A DNA stretch of 64,000 nucleotides from a virus: IMG/VR virus record IMGVR_UViG_3300015242_000023, positions 1,802-65,801 of that record. The stretch is one strand, 5' to 3'. The position numbers were made by a program, and so were the translations under genes. Shown one piece after another: positions 17,141-26,800 of the stretch (position 1 is the stretch's first letter; each line of letters opens with the position of its first letter). A model generated the notes under the pieces. That model made no database searches, had not been told where the DNA came from, and saw nothing but the letters and a program-made list of their open reading frames with translations.

Positions 17141-17955
17141 ACTACCCCCCGCCCACTGACGTTCGCATCCTGGAAGGCGAGGAGGAGGCCAAGACCATCG
17201 CCTATGTCCGCAACCTCATCGCGCAGAAGCCCAAGGTTCGCGACGTCTCCCACTGGGAACGCGGGTGGAAGCAAAATCTCGATGCGTACATGGCGTCGCG
17301 CGATCCAGACGATCTGATGCCAATGTACATCCGCCCGGCCCTGCCGCTGCGCTGCAATGGTCACTTCGTCATGCCAGATGATCCATTCTGCGAATGGAAG
17401 TGGTATCGGAAGTTCCTCGAATATATCTCTGACCGATGGCTCGCCGACAGCGGCAACATTTTAGAAATCGGCTGCGGATCTGGGCACAATCTCGCATGGC
17501 TCAAGACGCGCTATCCCGAAAAGAGCATATTCGGCTGGGATTGGTCCCCCAGCGCCGTGGCGATCGCAGACGCGGTATCCGACGGGGGTTCCAAGTTCAA
17601 TATGCTCCAGCCGCCACCTGCTACCCCGCTCATCCTGAGCACCACCACCATTCTGACCGTCGGCGCGATGGAGCAGACCGGCACAGGATGGGGACCTCTC
17701 CTCGCATGGCTGCTCGTCACCAAGCCCAAGCGCGTCGTCCATATCGAACCGGTGCTGGACTTTTATGACCCCGGCGACCCAGTGGATCAGACGGCGATTG
17801 AAGCCCATATCGCCCGCGGTTTCTGGACCGGATATCTCGAGACTCTCATTGAGCTCGCGGACGAAGGGTGCATTGAGATCGAGGACATGGAGCGATCCTG
17901 GTTTGGGTCGCTCTTAACTGAAGGATATAGCCAGATCGTGTGGAAGCCGCTGTGA
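17137..17955 (+). CDS. Class I SAM-dependent methyltransferase
   Basis: ILEIGCGSG motif I, GWDWSPSAV motif II. Confidence 0.8.
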   Translation: MNYPPPTDVRILEGEEEAKTIAYVRNLIAQKPKVRDVSHWERGWKQNLDAYMASRDPDDLMPMYIRPALPLRCNGHFVMPDDPFCEWKWYRKFLEYISDRWLADSGNILEIGCGSGHNLAWLKTRYPEKSIFGWDWSPSAVAIADAVSDGGSKFNMLQPPPATPLILSTTTILTVGAMEQTGTGWGPLLAWLLVTKPKRVVHIEPVLDFYDPGDPVDQTAIEAHIARGFWTGYLETLIELADEGCIEIEDMERSWFGSLLTEGYSQIVWKPL

Positions 17956-18152
17956 GTGAGCGAATTACCTTCACAATGACGGACGGCACGGTGCGTGAGT
18001 TCAAGCATCTCGGACGGCCCGGAGGCTCATATACGGTTCGCCTGACTTTCGAGGGGGAATTCGCCATCGTCACAGATGAATGGGGGGACAGAACGGTTAT
18101 TCCGGCCCACCTCATCTCAGAGATCAAAGAGACCGAAGGGCGGCGTTGGTGA
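17952..18152 (+). CDS. Small hypothetical protein
   Basis: GTGA overlaps. Confidence 0.5.
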   Translation: MSERITFTMTDGTVREFKHLGRPGGSYTVRLTFEGEFAIVTDEWGDRTVIPAHLISEIKETEGRRW

Positions 18153-18874
18153 AAACCATCATCTACCAGCAGGTCTTCCTCCGCGATGCCGCCCAAGCCC
18201 GTCTATTCGGCGTCAGCCACGCCCTAATCCGCAGGCTCAACCCCGATGCCCACACCCTGGTCATCGACAACGGCAGCGAGATAGACCCGTGGGAATACGC
18301 CCAGCCAGATCTCTACTTTCGCTTCCCAGAGCGAATCGGCCATTTCTTCCACGACTTCCATGGGATGCCTGACGGATCGGTGCCGCGCGACGGACCAGGG
18401 CGAGCTCACTGCATGGCGATGCAGATCGCAATGGAAGCGGGATACGATCGGGCGGTCTACATCGAAGCCGATGCCCTCTTTGCCAAGCCCGTCGAGTGGG
18501 GCTTCGCGCAGATGACGACGCCAGTCGCCTGCCAGCCTGCGTGCATGTATTACAAACTGGATTGGCACGTCGTCTGGTTTCGGGACCTGAAATGGCTGAA
18601 GACTTTCGACTTTCCCGGGCGATACGATTGGCAAAACCGCACGGGAGAGCCCGGCGGCGAACCGGCCGGCGAAGTCATCTGGCACCAGATCCTAGGCGAC
18701 AACGTAGCCTCGCTGCCCGTCCGCGGGACACGCGGCGAATCAATCAGCCTCGACGAGAACAACTATTGGATGTTCTATCCGGATGGCTGCGATTTGGTGA
18801 CCCACGTCAGTACAGCAACCTGCGCGCACTTCCTCAAGATGAACGGCCATCCGGACCTAGCCGACCGCCTATAG
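18149..18874 (+). CDS. GT-A/GT2-like glycosyltransferase
   Basis: LVIDNGS and YIEADALF (DxD-like) motifs. Confidence 0.65.
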   Translation: MKTIIYQQVFLRDAAQARLFGVSHALIRRLNPDAHTLVIDNGSEIDPWEYAQPDLYFRFPERIGHFFHDFHGMPDGSVPRDGPGRAHCMAMQIAMEAGYDRAVYIEADALFAKPVEWGFAQMTTPVACQPACMYYKLDWHVVWFRDLKWLKTFDFPGRYDWQNRTGEPGGEPAGEVIWHQILGDNVASLPVRGTRGESISLDENNYWMFYPDGCDLVTHVSTATCAHFLKMNGHPDLADRL

Positions 18875-20050
18875 CGCGATGATCTTGCTCATCACCATGG
18901 TCGGCTGAACCGTGGATATGTTGTTTACTCCGTTCGAGGTCACGCCGAATGCGTGAGTGTGATTGTTTGTAGCCGCTTGGAAATCTCCACCATTATTGAC
19001 GCCAGAATTGCTGTTGCCGACGTTTGTGGTGCTCGTGCCAGTAACGGTGATGAAGATACCATTCGACTGCAATCCACCCGTGGCGCCCGCAGTCGCACTG
19101 GCCATAGAATTAAGCCTATCTGCACTCGCGACACCTCCATTCGTATCCATGCCAGCGACGATCATGCCGCGCAGGTCCGGAAGGGCAATCGTCTTGTTCG
19201 CGGCAAAGTCCGCTGCCGCGTTGGCGCCGCGCCCTCCCGACACCGCAGCCTGGCCATTCGCCCACGAGTTCCACAGCAAGGTGTAAAGAGGCAGTGTGTC
19301 GACGTTGGCGCGTCCAGTGGCAGCGGATGCCGCGCTGCCGATAGTCGTGCCATTGGCGAAGACATAACCCGTGGGCACAGTCGTCCCGATATAGTCGAAG
19401 ACCAAGCCGGTGATCGGCGCCGCCGTCCGTTGCACGGTGGCATCCGGAAAGATGAAACCGCCCGTCGTGCTCGTAATGAGTCCACTGGCGCTGATTGGCC
19501 CGCTCGCACTGATTGATCCCGTCACCCCAAGAGCCCCAGTTGGGCTGGTCGCGCTCACGGTGGTCCAAGTCAAGCCGCCAGTAGCGCCCAACACACCAGT
19601 GGCGTTGTACTGGATTTGTCCGGTCGCGCCGGCCGCGATCGCCGGTTCAGTGATCGACTTGCGCATGCCGCTTGCGCTGCCATCACATGACACGATGACG
19701 GAGAGCCCTGCCGCCACGGTGATCGTGGAACCGCCTGCTCCGGACTTGATGCCTACCGTCTGACCGCCTGCGGTGCCGTTCAGGAATACCCACTGGCCGC
19801 CGACGCCAGACGGGACGACGTAGGTGATGGTGCCGGTGGGAGTGCCCGAGATCAGCAGCGACAATGGCCGGTACTGGGTTGCGGTCAGCGCCGTGTCGCC
19901 CGACAGGCCGGTAGAGTTCAGAAGGGACGAGCCGCCGAAAGCCGTATCGATTTGGGACCAGTCCGTGTTTACAGGGGTCTCCCACGAATTTACGAAATCT
20001 CCGTGCGCAGGCTGCTCCAGACTCTTATTTTGAGTGAACGTTGAAACCAT
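18869..20050 (-). CDS. Tail fibre/needle-associated protein with tail-collar-like domain
   Basis: GLVFDYIGTTVPTGYVFANG...PDLRGM...NISTVQPTMVMSKII pattern; Gly/Thr/Ser rich. Confidence 0.75.
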   Translation of the reverse strand: MVSTFTQNKSLEQPAHGDFVNSWETPVNTDWSQIDTAFGGSSLLNSTGLSGDTALTATQYRPLSLLISGTPTGTITYVVPSGVGGQWVFLNGTAGGQTVGIKSGAGGSTITVAAGLSVIVSCDGSASGMRKSITEPAIAAGATGQIQYNATGVLGATGGLTWTTVSATSPTGALGVTGSISASGPISASGLITSTTGGFIFPDATVQRTAAPITGLVFDYIGTTVPTGYVFANGTTIGSAASAATGRANVDTLPLYTLLWNSWANGQAAVSGGRGANAAADFAANKTIALPDLRGMIVAGMDTNGGVASADRLNSMASATAGATGGLQSNGIFITVTGTSTTNVGNSNSGVNNGGDFQAATNNHTHAFGVTSNGVNNISTVQPTMVMSKIIAL

Positions 20051-20728
20051 CTAGCCCTCCGGCAACAGGCGATTATTCTTTGATCGATTCTCTGCTCCCG
20101 GTAGTACCTGAAGATTCCACGGGACGTGCAACCCTCGGAAGTTTCGGCCGCGCAATGGATGAATGTGATCAACGTGGTGCTCGATGCCGGTCTGCGTTTC
20201 TAGCGCCACAGCGACCTCGTAAAATTCAGAAATCTGGGCGAGATGAATCGCCGTCAGCCATGGCGGTTGTGCTGCGCGGCGAGCGCCTTGATATTTACGA
20301 GATTTCAATCGGCCCGGCACGGGGTTCGCTTGATATGAGTTGCGATTTCTAGCCCTTATCTTGTCAGCGTTTGCAGCGTAATAAAGGCGGTCCCAGTCTG
20401 GCCTTTTTGCCCGCCACGCCTTTGTGGCAGCCACAGCCTTCTCGGGATTCTTTTTGAGCCATTTCTTATAGGCCGCCCGATATTTTTCTCGGTTATTTGC
20501 TCTATAGGCGTTTGCGATAGGCCGCACTCGCCCCGGATTGGCGATGGCATCCTTGCGCGCCCACTCCCGTCCATAAGCCCTGACCTTTTCTTGGTTCTTG
20601 GCTTTCCATGCTGCCATCGTCGCGCCACTGCATGCGCAGCATTGATCACGATAGCCGTCAGCCGTTCCTTTTCTGCGCCAAAAGGCAGAAAATTCCTTAG
20701 TCTCGCCGCAGGTTGAGCACGTCTTCAT
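20051..20728 (-). CDS. HNH homing endonuclease
   Basis: N-terminal CSTC...CCAC zinc motif; HHVDHIHPL...GLHVPWNLQVL...N..KNN. Confidence 0.9.
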   Translation of the reverse strand: MKTCSTCGETKEFSAFWRRKGTADGYRDQCCACSGATMAAWKAKNQEKVRAYGREWARKDAIANPGRVRPIANAYRANNREKYRAAYKKWLKKNPEKAVAATKAWRAKRPDWDRLYYAANADKIRARNRNSYQANPVPGRLKSRKYQGARRAAQPPWLTAIHLAQISEFYEVAVALETQTGIEHHVDHIHPLRGRNFRGLHVPWNLQVLPGAENRSKNNRLLPEG

Positions 20729-20734
20729 TTCACC

Positions 20735-23700
20735 TCAGATAGCCCTTCCCGCGACCGCAAGCGCGCGGGCAATCATATTATCGTGGGCACCAAGCAGTTC
20801 CTTGGTCTTGGCTTGGTCACCACGCCGAGCCTTCGCCACCAACTCGGTCAAATGCTGTGCCGCCCGCGCGTGATTCACGACCGCCCCGCCGCTCGCGCGC
20901 CCTTCGCGCTTCTTTTTTCCGGTCTCAAGGCCCGGCTGGGCGAAGTAGGGCGAATTTTCAAAGGCACCGTTCACCCGCGCTAGCCACGTTGCATCACCCA
21001 CATTTTCAGCACCGTGGCGTAGCATGCGCATGCCAATCTGCGGGTCGACGATACCGGCGGCGTACATCTGGTTGATGTTGTTGATGCCGCGGGCCTTCAG
21101 GTTACGCGCCAGTGTAGAGGCGAAGTGCGTGCCGACGGCGCCGGCTACGGTGGACAATCCAGCGTCGGATCCCATCAGCAGGCCGCCCAGAAGCCCCAGT
21201 CCGCCGCCGCTAATTCCAGGCATCATCGATTGCGCTGGCATCGGCGCCATGCGCTGTTCCATGAGTTTCAAGCGGTGTGCGGTGTCCGAACCGGGGATGC
21301 CGGACTGCATGCGCGCGCGCGTCTGGGTCTGTCGAGAGATGTCATCTGACAACTGAGACATGATCTTGAGTTGATCGGGCTGGAAGAGTTCTGGCAGCGA
21401 TGCGCTGTAGCCTTCGATCAGTTTCTTGAAATGCGGCCCGAAATTACCGGTCGCGCCGGCTGAAGCCTCGGCCTGTTTCATCATGTGGTCGACGGCGAGT
21501 TTCTTCAGACCCTCGATCACGCCAGGGTCCCCGGCCGCCTCTTTCACCAGATGCCGAAGCTGCAATGGGCCGGTCTGCTTGTTGCCGAGTACATTGCCCA
21601 TGATTTGGGTCGCGTGGTCCGCGTTCGCCGCGCCTACGAATTTGGACGCCAAAGCCGATTGAGAATTCGCCAAGTTGCTGAACTGCCCAGAGAACCCCGG
21701 CTCAACCTCGTCGATCGCGCGCAGCGACTGCTTGTACTTGTTCGTCCACGACGCCAGCGCCTTGGGGTTCAACTGGCCGTCCTTCATGATGTCACGCAAC
21801 GACATGACAGCGGCATCCTTGACCGCCTGCAGCATCTCCGGGCTATCGTTGGCAGCCTTCAGCACCTCGCGAGTGATGGCGTAGCCGTCCTGGCCGCCCG
21901 GGAATGCCGCCCGCGGCACGGCCGAATCACGCACGTTCCATGCTTCGCCGTTCTTGCCGGCCTGAAGCAATTTGCCCACAGAACCCTGGCGATAGGTCTC
22001 GCCGAGGTATTTCTGGGCGTCGTTGGCCGCCTTCAGTGCCGCAACGGCGGCGGGGCCCATCTGTTCAGTTCCCGGTACTGCTCCACCGCCTGGAGCTCCT
22101 CCACCAGGCCCTGCGCCCGCGCCTTGCGCTCCAGGTGCTGGAGAAATTCCGCCCGTTCCGCCGGGGCCATCGGCTCCAGCACCTGTCGCAACACCTTGCC
22201 CTTCGCTAGCCTGTCGGGCTGCCTGCCACTCATCTCGTTGTCGTTCGAGGGCACTCTGGAGAGTTCCATTCGGGTCCATCTGTCCTTTGGCGACAGCCTC
22301 CGCTTCTGCTTTCGATCGGTTGGTGACGGCGTTCTCCAAGTCTCCCCAGATCGCGCCCTTCAATGCCTTCAAGCGGCCAAGTTCGCGCGTCGCCTTCGGA
22401 TCCGACTTGGCGGCCGCAAGCGCCTCGTTGACGTCTGTCATGTAGGATCGAAGGTCGCTGAACTTGACCTCGTCCGGCATTTCCTTCGCCAACGTGGTGA
22501 AGGCGTCGTCGGGCTTCTTGGTCTCATAACCGGGCTTGTGCTTGGTGACGTCGCTGGCCTTCTTCTTCAGGCCGGGGATCAACAGTGTCTGGTCGCCGAA
22601 TTGCTCCTCGAGCAGGTCATAGAGCGCCGTCCGCGCCTGCTCGGCGGTCTTCCGACCTTCCTGCAGCGGCTTGCGCACGCCAGCGCCGACCTCATCCGGG
22701 TGGACGCCAGATGGGAGCGCCTGATCGACCTGATCCTCTAGGTCACGCAGGTACTGGCCGAATTTCGCCTGTGGCTCGAGACCGGTCGCCGCCGGATCGA
22801 CGGTGCTGCGCAGGGCCTTCTCGCGCGCAGCACCGCGGGCCGCGTCCTGGCCCATGATCTGCTGCCGCGCGCCCTCGTTCGCCATCGTGGTGACGAGCTC
22901 GCCGCTGGCCAGTTCCCGGTTTCCCGAGGCCTCAGCGATCCGCGGCGTGGCGCCTGGCTCCGATCTCTGCCAGTCCGGCATATCTTCATAGGTCTTCAGG
23001 GCATTATCGTAGGCCTCGCGCACCGCAGTGCCGGCCGTCCCAGCAGGAGCACCAACCTTGATGTCCTTGGCTATCTGGGCCGATGCGCGCTGACGGGCTT
23101 CTTCCTTCGTGATGGGCGGCAGGAATTTACGCCGCGCCGATATGCCGGTTTCAGCCGCTACCGGGCCCAGCATCGACGCGCCGGCGATCACGAATGGGTT
23201 GTCGGTGTGATGCGCCGCAGCCTCTCCGGAGACTCCGCCGATACCTCCCACAATGGCAGGACGAGCCGCTGCAGCCAGCCCAAGGCCCTTCTCCGTCAAA
23301 GTGGGGGCCTCCAGGCCAATCCTGGGGACAGCCCTAGTCGCGGTCCCCGCCATGGCACCGCTCGGGAGCGCAGCCTCGGTGAAGGCCCGTCCGACCTTGC
23401 CCGCTGTGGTCGTGGGTTCATATTCGCCCACCACGGGCTTCACATAGCGGTCATATATCTCACCGCCGCTCATCGGCTGCCATTCGCCGGCCTGGCGCTT
23501 GGCTTCCGCATTTTCCTTGATCCCTTTGAGTATTTCCCGCCATGAGCGCTTGTCCCAAATCGATCGGACGCCAGCCTGTCCCAAGTCGAGCATATCCACG
23601 ACATCGCCGGCGAGGCCCAGCCCAGGGAGATGCGTGGCACCCTTCAAGACTGAAGTGCCTAAATTCTTGGCCGTTCCGGCAATCCAACTGTCATCCGGCT

Positions 23701-23812
23701 TATTGCCCAGAACACCGCCTTGACCCGGTCTATCGATTGTCTCGAAATCGTCAGCCATCCCTGATGGCGCGTAGGGCTGGAAATCGTCGGCGATCTTTGG
23801 AGGGTCTGCCAT
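20735..23812 (-). CDS. Large internal virion (DNA ejection) protein
   Basis: 1025 aa, helical Ala/Gly-rich, Pro/Asp-rich N-terminus, located after the other ejection gene and before the fibre gene. Confidence 0.65.
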   Translation of the reverse strand: MADPPKIADDFQPYAPSGMADDFETIDRPGQGGVLGNKPDDSWIAGTAKNLGTSVLKGATHLPGLGLAGDVVDMLDLGQAGVRSIWDKRSWREILKGIKENAEAKRQAGEWQPMSGGEIYDRYVKPVVGEYEPTTTAGKVGRAFTEAALPSGAMAGTATRAVPRIGLEAPTLTEKGLGLAAAARPAIVGGIGGVSGEAAAHHTDNPFVIAGASMLGPVAAETGISARRKFLPPITKEEARQRASAQIAKDIKVGAPAGTAGTAVREAYDNALKTYEDMPDWQRSEPGATPRIAEASGNRELASGELVTTMANEGARQQIMGQDAARGAAREKALRSTVDPAATGLEPQAKFGQYLRDLEDQVDQALPSGVHPDEVGAGVRKPLQEGRKTAEQARTALYDLLEEQFGDQTLLIPGLKKKASDVTKHKPGYETKKPDDAFTTLAKEMPDEVKFSDLRSYMTDVNEALAAAKSDPKATRELGRLKALKGAIWGDLENAVTNRSKAEAEAVAKGQMDPNGTLQSALERQRDEWQAARQASEGQGVATGAGADGPGGTGGISPAPGAQGAGAGPGGGAPGGGAVPGTEQMGPAAVAALKAANDAQKYLGETYRQGSVGKLLQAGKNGEAWNVRDSAVPRAAFPGGQDGYAITREVLKAANDSPEMLQAVKDAAVMSLRDIMKDGQLNPKALASWTNKYKQSLRAIDEVEPGFSGQFSNLANSQSALASKFVGAANADHATQIMGNVLGNKQTGPLQLRHLVKEAAGDPGVIEGLKKLAVDHMMKQAEASAGATGNFGPHFKKLIEGYSASLPELFQPDQLKIMSQLSDDISRQTQTRARMQSGIPGSDTAHRLKLMEQRMAPMPAQSMMPGISGGGLGLLGGLLMGSDAGLSTVAGAVGTHFASTLARNLKARGINNINQMYAAGIVDPQIGMRMLRHGAENVGDATWLARVNGAFENSPYFAQPGLETGKKKREGRASGGAVVNHARAAQHLTELVAKARRGDQAKTKELLGAHDNMIARALAVAGRAI

Positions 23813-26800
23813 CAGGGTTTCTTCCCGATCAGGGTGCCATCAGCGGCATAGACGTTCCTGGTGGTCGGATCATACCATTGCCCGGTGCTCTGGCTCTGCT
23901 GAATGTCCTTGATGCCGCTCAGCGCGCTAGGCACCTCGCCGAGCTTCGGCGCTGATGGCTTGGCTTGCGCCTTGGGCTCCTGCGCTTGGATGTACCACAG
24001 ATTCTCGGGCTTGCTCAGATGCTCGAGAACGGCACCGCGGTAGTCCTTCGTCGGCGACACACCTTCAAGAGCCTTCGGCAGACCAATCTCAACGTCAGCC
24101 CGCTTTTCCATCAGGCCAAGCATGGCCTTGATTGCCTCAGGCAGCATGTTGACGCCAGGCGTCGCCGTCTCGATCGCGCGTAGGAACGATTCCTGGCCAG
24201 CACCCGGATACGAGCTCGACTTGATCGACCCGGCGATAGCGTAAGCGAGCTTGTTGGCCTCCTCCACCTTGCTGGGATCGCTGACGACGCTTTGTACGAG
24301 ACCAGGATCCACACCCAACTGCGTCAGGGTCGATCCCATCTTGCCCAACGCCTGCCCGTAGGGGCCGGTTGATGTGACCGCTTTGCCTTCCTTGTCGAAC
24401 AGCGTGTTGCGCAGGGACTGCACCAATTGCTTGGACGTGCGGCCATCCTGTGCGCGCGCATAGACCTCATCGGCGACCTTCTGGTTCCGGTCCGTGACGT
24501 CCATTTGCCATTTCTTCTCGGCGGCAGCCTCCTTGGACCCAGGCACGTTCTGCACGACCCCCTTTGGATCGGTCAGAACGCCGCTCGACCGTCGCTCTTG
24601 CTCAAGCTGCTGGGCGCGTTCCATGGCGGTGGACTGGCCCTGTGCATTGCCGCGCTCGGCGGCTGCCTCAGCTCGGTTGCGCCAGAATTGCGGATCATTC
24701 TGGTCTGTAATCGGAGGCGGCTCATCGGCCGACGAGGACATCGCGGGATCAAGTGGACCGCCGCCCTGTTTGGCGATGCGGCCGCCATGCTTGCGCGCAG
24801 TGACGGGGCCGATCGACTGTCGGATGGTCCCCATCTTGCGCTGGATCTCTTCATATTGCGCCCGCTTTTCTGGCGGCAGTTCCCGCGGATGACTGAATTT
24901 GCCCAAAATGGCCACGCTCTGGCGCTCGAGCGCATCCAATTGCGCGGCCGGATTCATCTGGCTGCCCGTGCCGACAGCCGAGGCCTCTGCCGTGCGCAGG
25001 CCCATGGCGGATTGGGTGAGCTTGTCCACCGGGATCGTCTTCATGCCATCCAGCGATATCGCCTGCCCCATCCGCATACGTTCCGTAGCCTGATCGCGCT
25101 GCTGCTCATAGCGGCTGCGCTCGCCTGGATCGAGGCTGGTATTGGCCATATACTGCCAGTACCAAGGGACATCCTGTGGTCGCGCTTGCGCGATAAAGGC
25201 CTGGGCTGCCGGCGGCAACGTCTTGAAATAGTCGGTGGCTGATCCCTGCGACGGCGTCGCGCCTGTGCCCTTGGTCCCCAGCAAATCGTACATCCGGCCT
25301 GTGAGAGCCGACAGGTTCTTGTCAAACTGCTCTGTCGAGGCCTGCGGATTGCTGCCCACGAAATTGGCTTTCTGCCGGCTGACCAGATTGAGGGCCGCCA
25401 TGATCTTCTCAAGCTGCTGGGTATCAGCCTGCTGCTTGCTGATGTCGATGCCCTGCTGTTTGAAGCCCATGGCCGGATAGGCTTGCGCAGCCGCGGCGAG
25501 CCCGGTGCCGACGGAGCCCGCCAGAGTCCTTGAGGGTGAGGCCAGCATGTTGCCCAAGAAGGTCAGACCGGTCATCACGGGCCGCTCATTGCGGTCCATC
25601 CATCCGCCCTTGTCGAAGAACCCAGGCGATCCGCCGGGCTGGGAATTCCGGGCATCGGCCGTAGATTGCAGGCCGAGTGCAGCCGCTTGATCAGGCGGCG
25701 CAGCGGCCAGACCGGTCTGAGGCGGTTCCGGAGCGGCTGGGGGAGGCGGCACGGGGGCAGCAGCCGGTGGCGCGGCTGCCGGAGGCGGCGCGACCGGAGG
25801 GGGCGTGGCGGGCTGCGGAGGGGCTGTAGCGAGGCCCTGCGGGGCGCCAGCGGCTTCATCCGGCGACGGGGAAGCTAGGCCACGCGGGTTGATCAGCTCG
25901 TCGATCTCATCGGGCGAGAGCGCTCCGCCCGCGTCCTTATGGATGCGACCACCGGTGGCCAACCCAAGCTGGTTCAAGGTCCGGGCGGTCAGGTCGACAT
26001 CGACGTCAGCATCGTTGGTCGGTTCTGACCCGGAATCGACCCCAGATTGACCCGCTTCCGGTTCGGTATCGTTGGCCGCCCTCAGCGCGCGCATGGCCGA
26101 CGATGCCGGCTGCGTATCGGTCTCGTAACCCATGTGGGCGTTGAATTTCTTGACATAGTCCGGAACTGAGGTGCCCAGCACGTCGCGGTCGTTGCCGGCC
26201 ACTTTCACGGGCCGCCCGGAGAACCAGACAGACGCCGCATCCTGCGGACTGCCATGCTGGACCATGGCGCTGCCAAAGACATTGTCGAACACCGTGTCCT
26301 GCACTTCGGGCGAATTCAGGAACTGATGTGGCGTCATGGCGGTGCCGGTCACCTTCTTCGTCCAGGCGGGGATGTTGCTGCCCATCACCTGGTAGGCGCC
26401 CCAGGGGCGGTCGCCGTTCTTGCTGGGAGGGCCGATCGCATCGTATCGACCGCTGCTCTCAATGCTCTTGATGGCGTTCCGCGCCCGCAGGACAAGGGAG
26501 CGGAATTCGTCCACGGGACCGCCTGCCGCGCGCCGCGGCCGGCCGCCACGGTTCATATTGTCGGCGGCAGTGCCGAGAAGACCGCCCGCCAAGCCGCCCA
26601 GCATGGTGCCCACGCCAGGAATGATCGAACCGATTGCCGCGCCGGCCATCGATCCGACGGCCGAGCCCATCCCCTTACCCTTGGCGCCCCCACCGCCGCC
26701 GCCACTTTGGGGACGAGACGCAGGCCCTTGCGCCTGCATATTCACTCCCTTGGCGACCTCGTCATCCTCGAGCGGGATGTCTATGGCGTTGACGTCGCCA

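Noticed and set aside
12906-18874. Complete autonomous ADP-heptose pathway or host LPS island captured by mis-assembly
   Set aside because: gmhA and gmhB were not recognised, and the genes are interleaved and translationally coupled with typical small phage ORFs, so this is a partial, phage-resident cluster.
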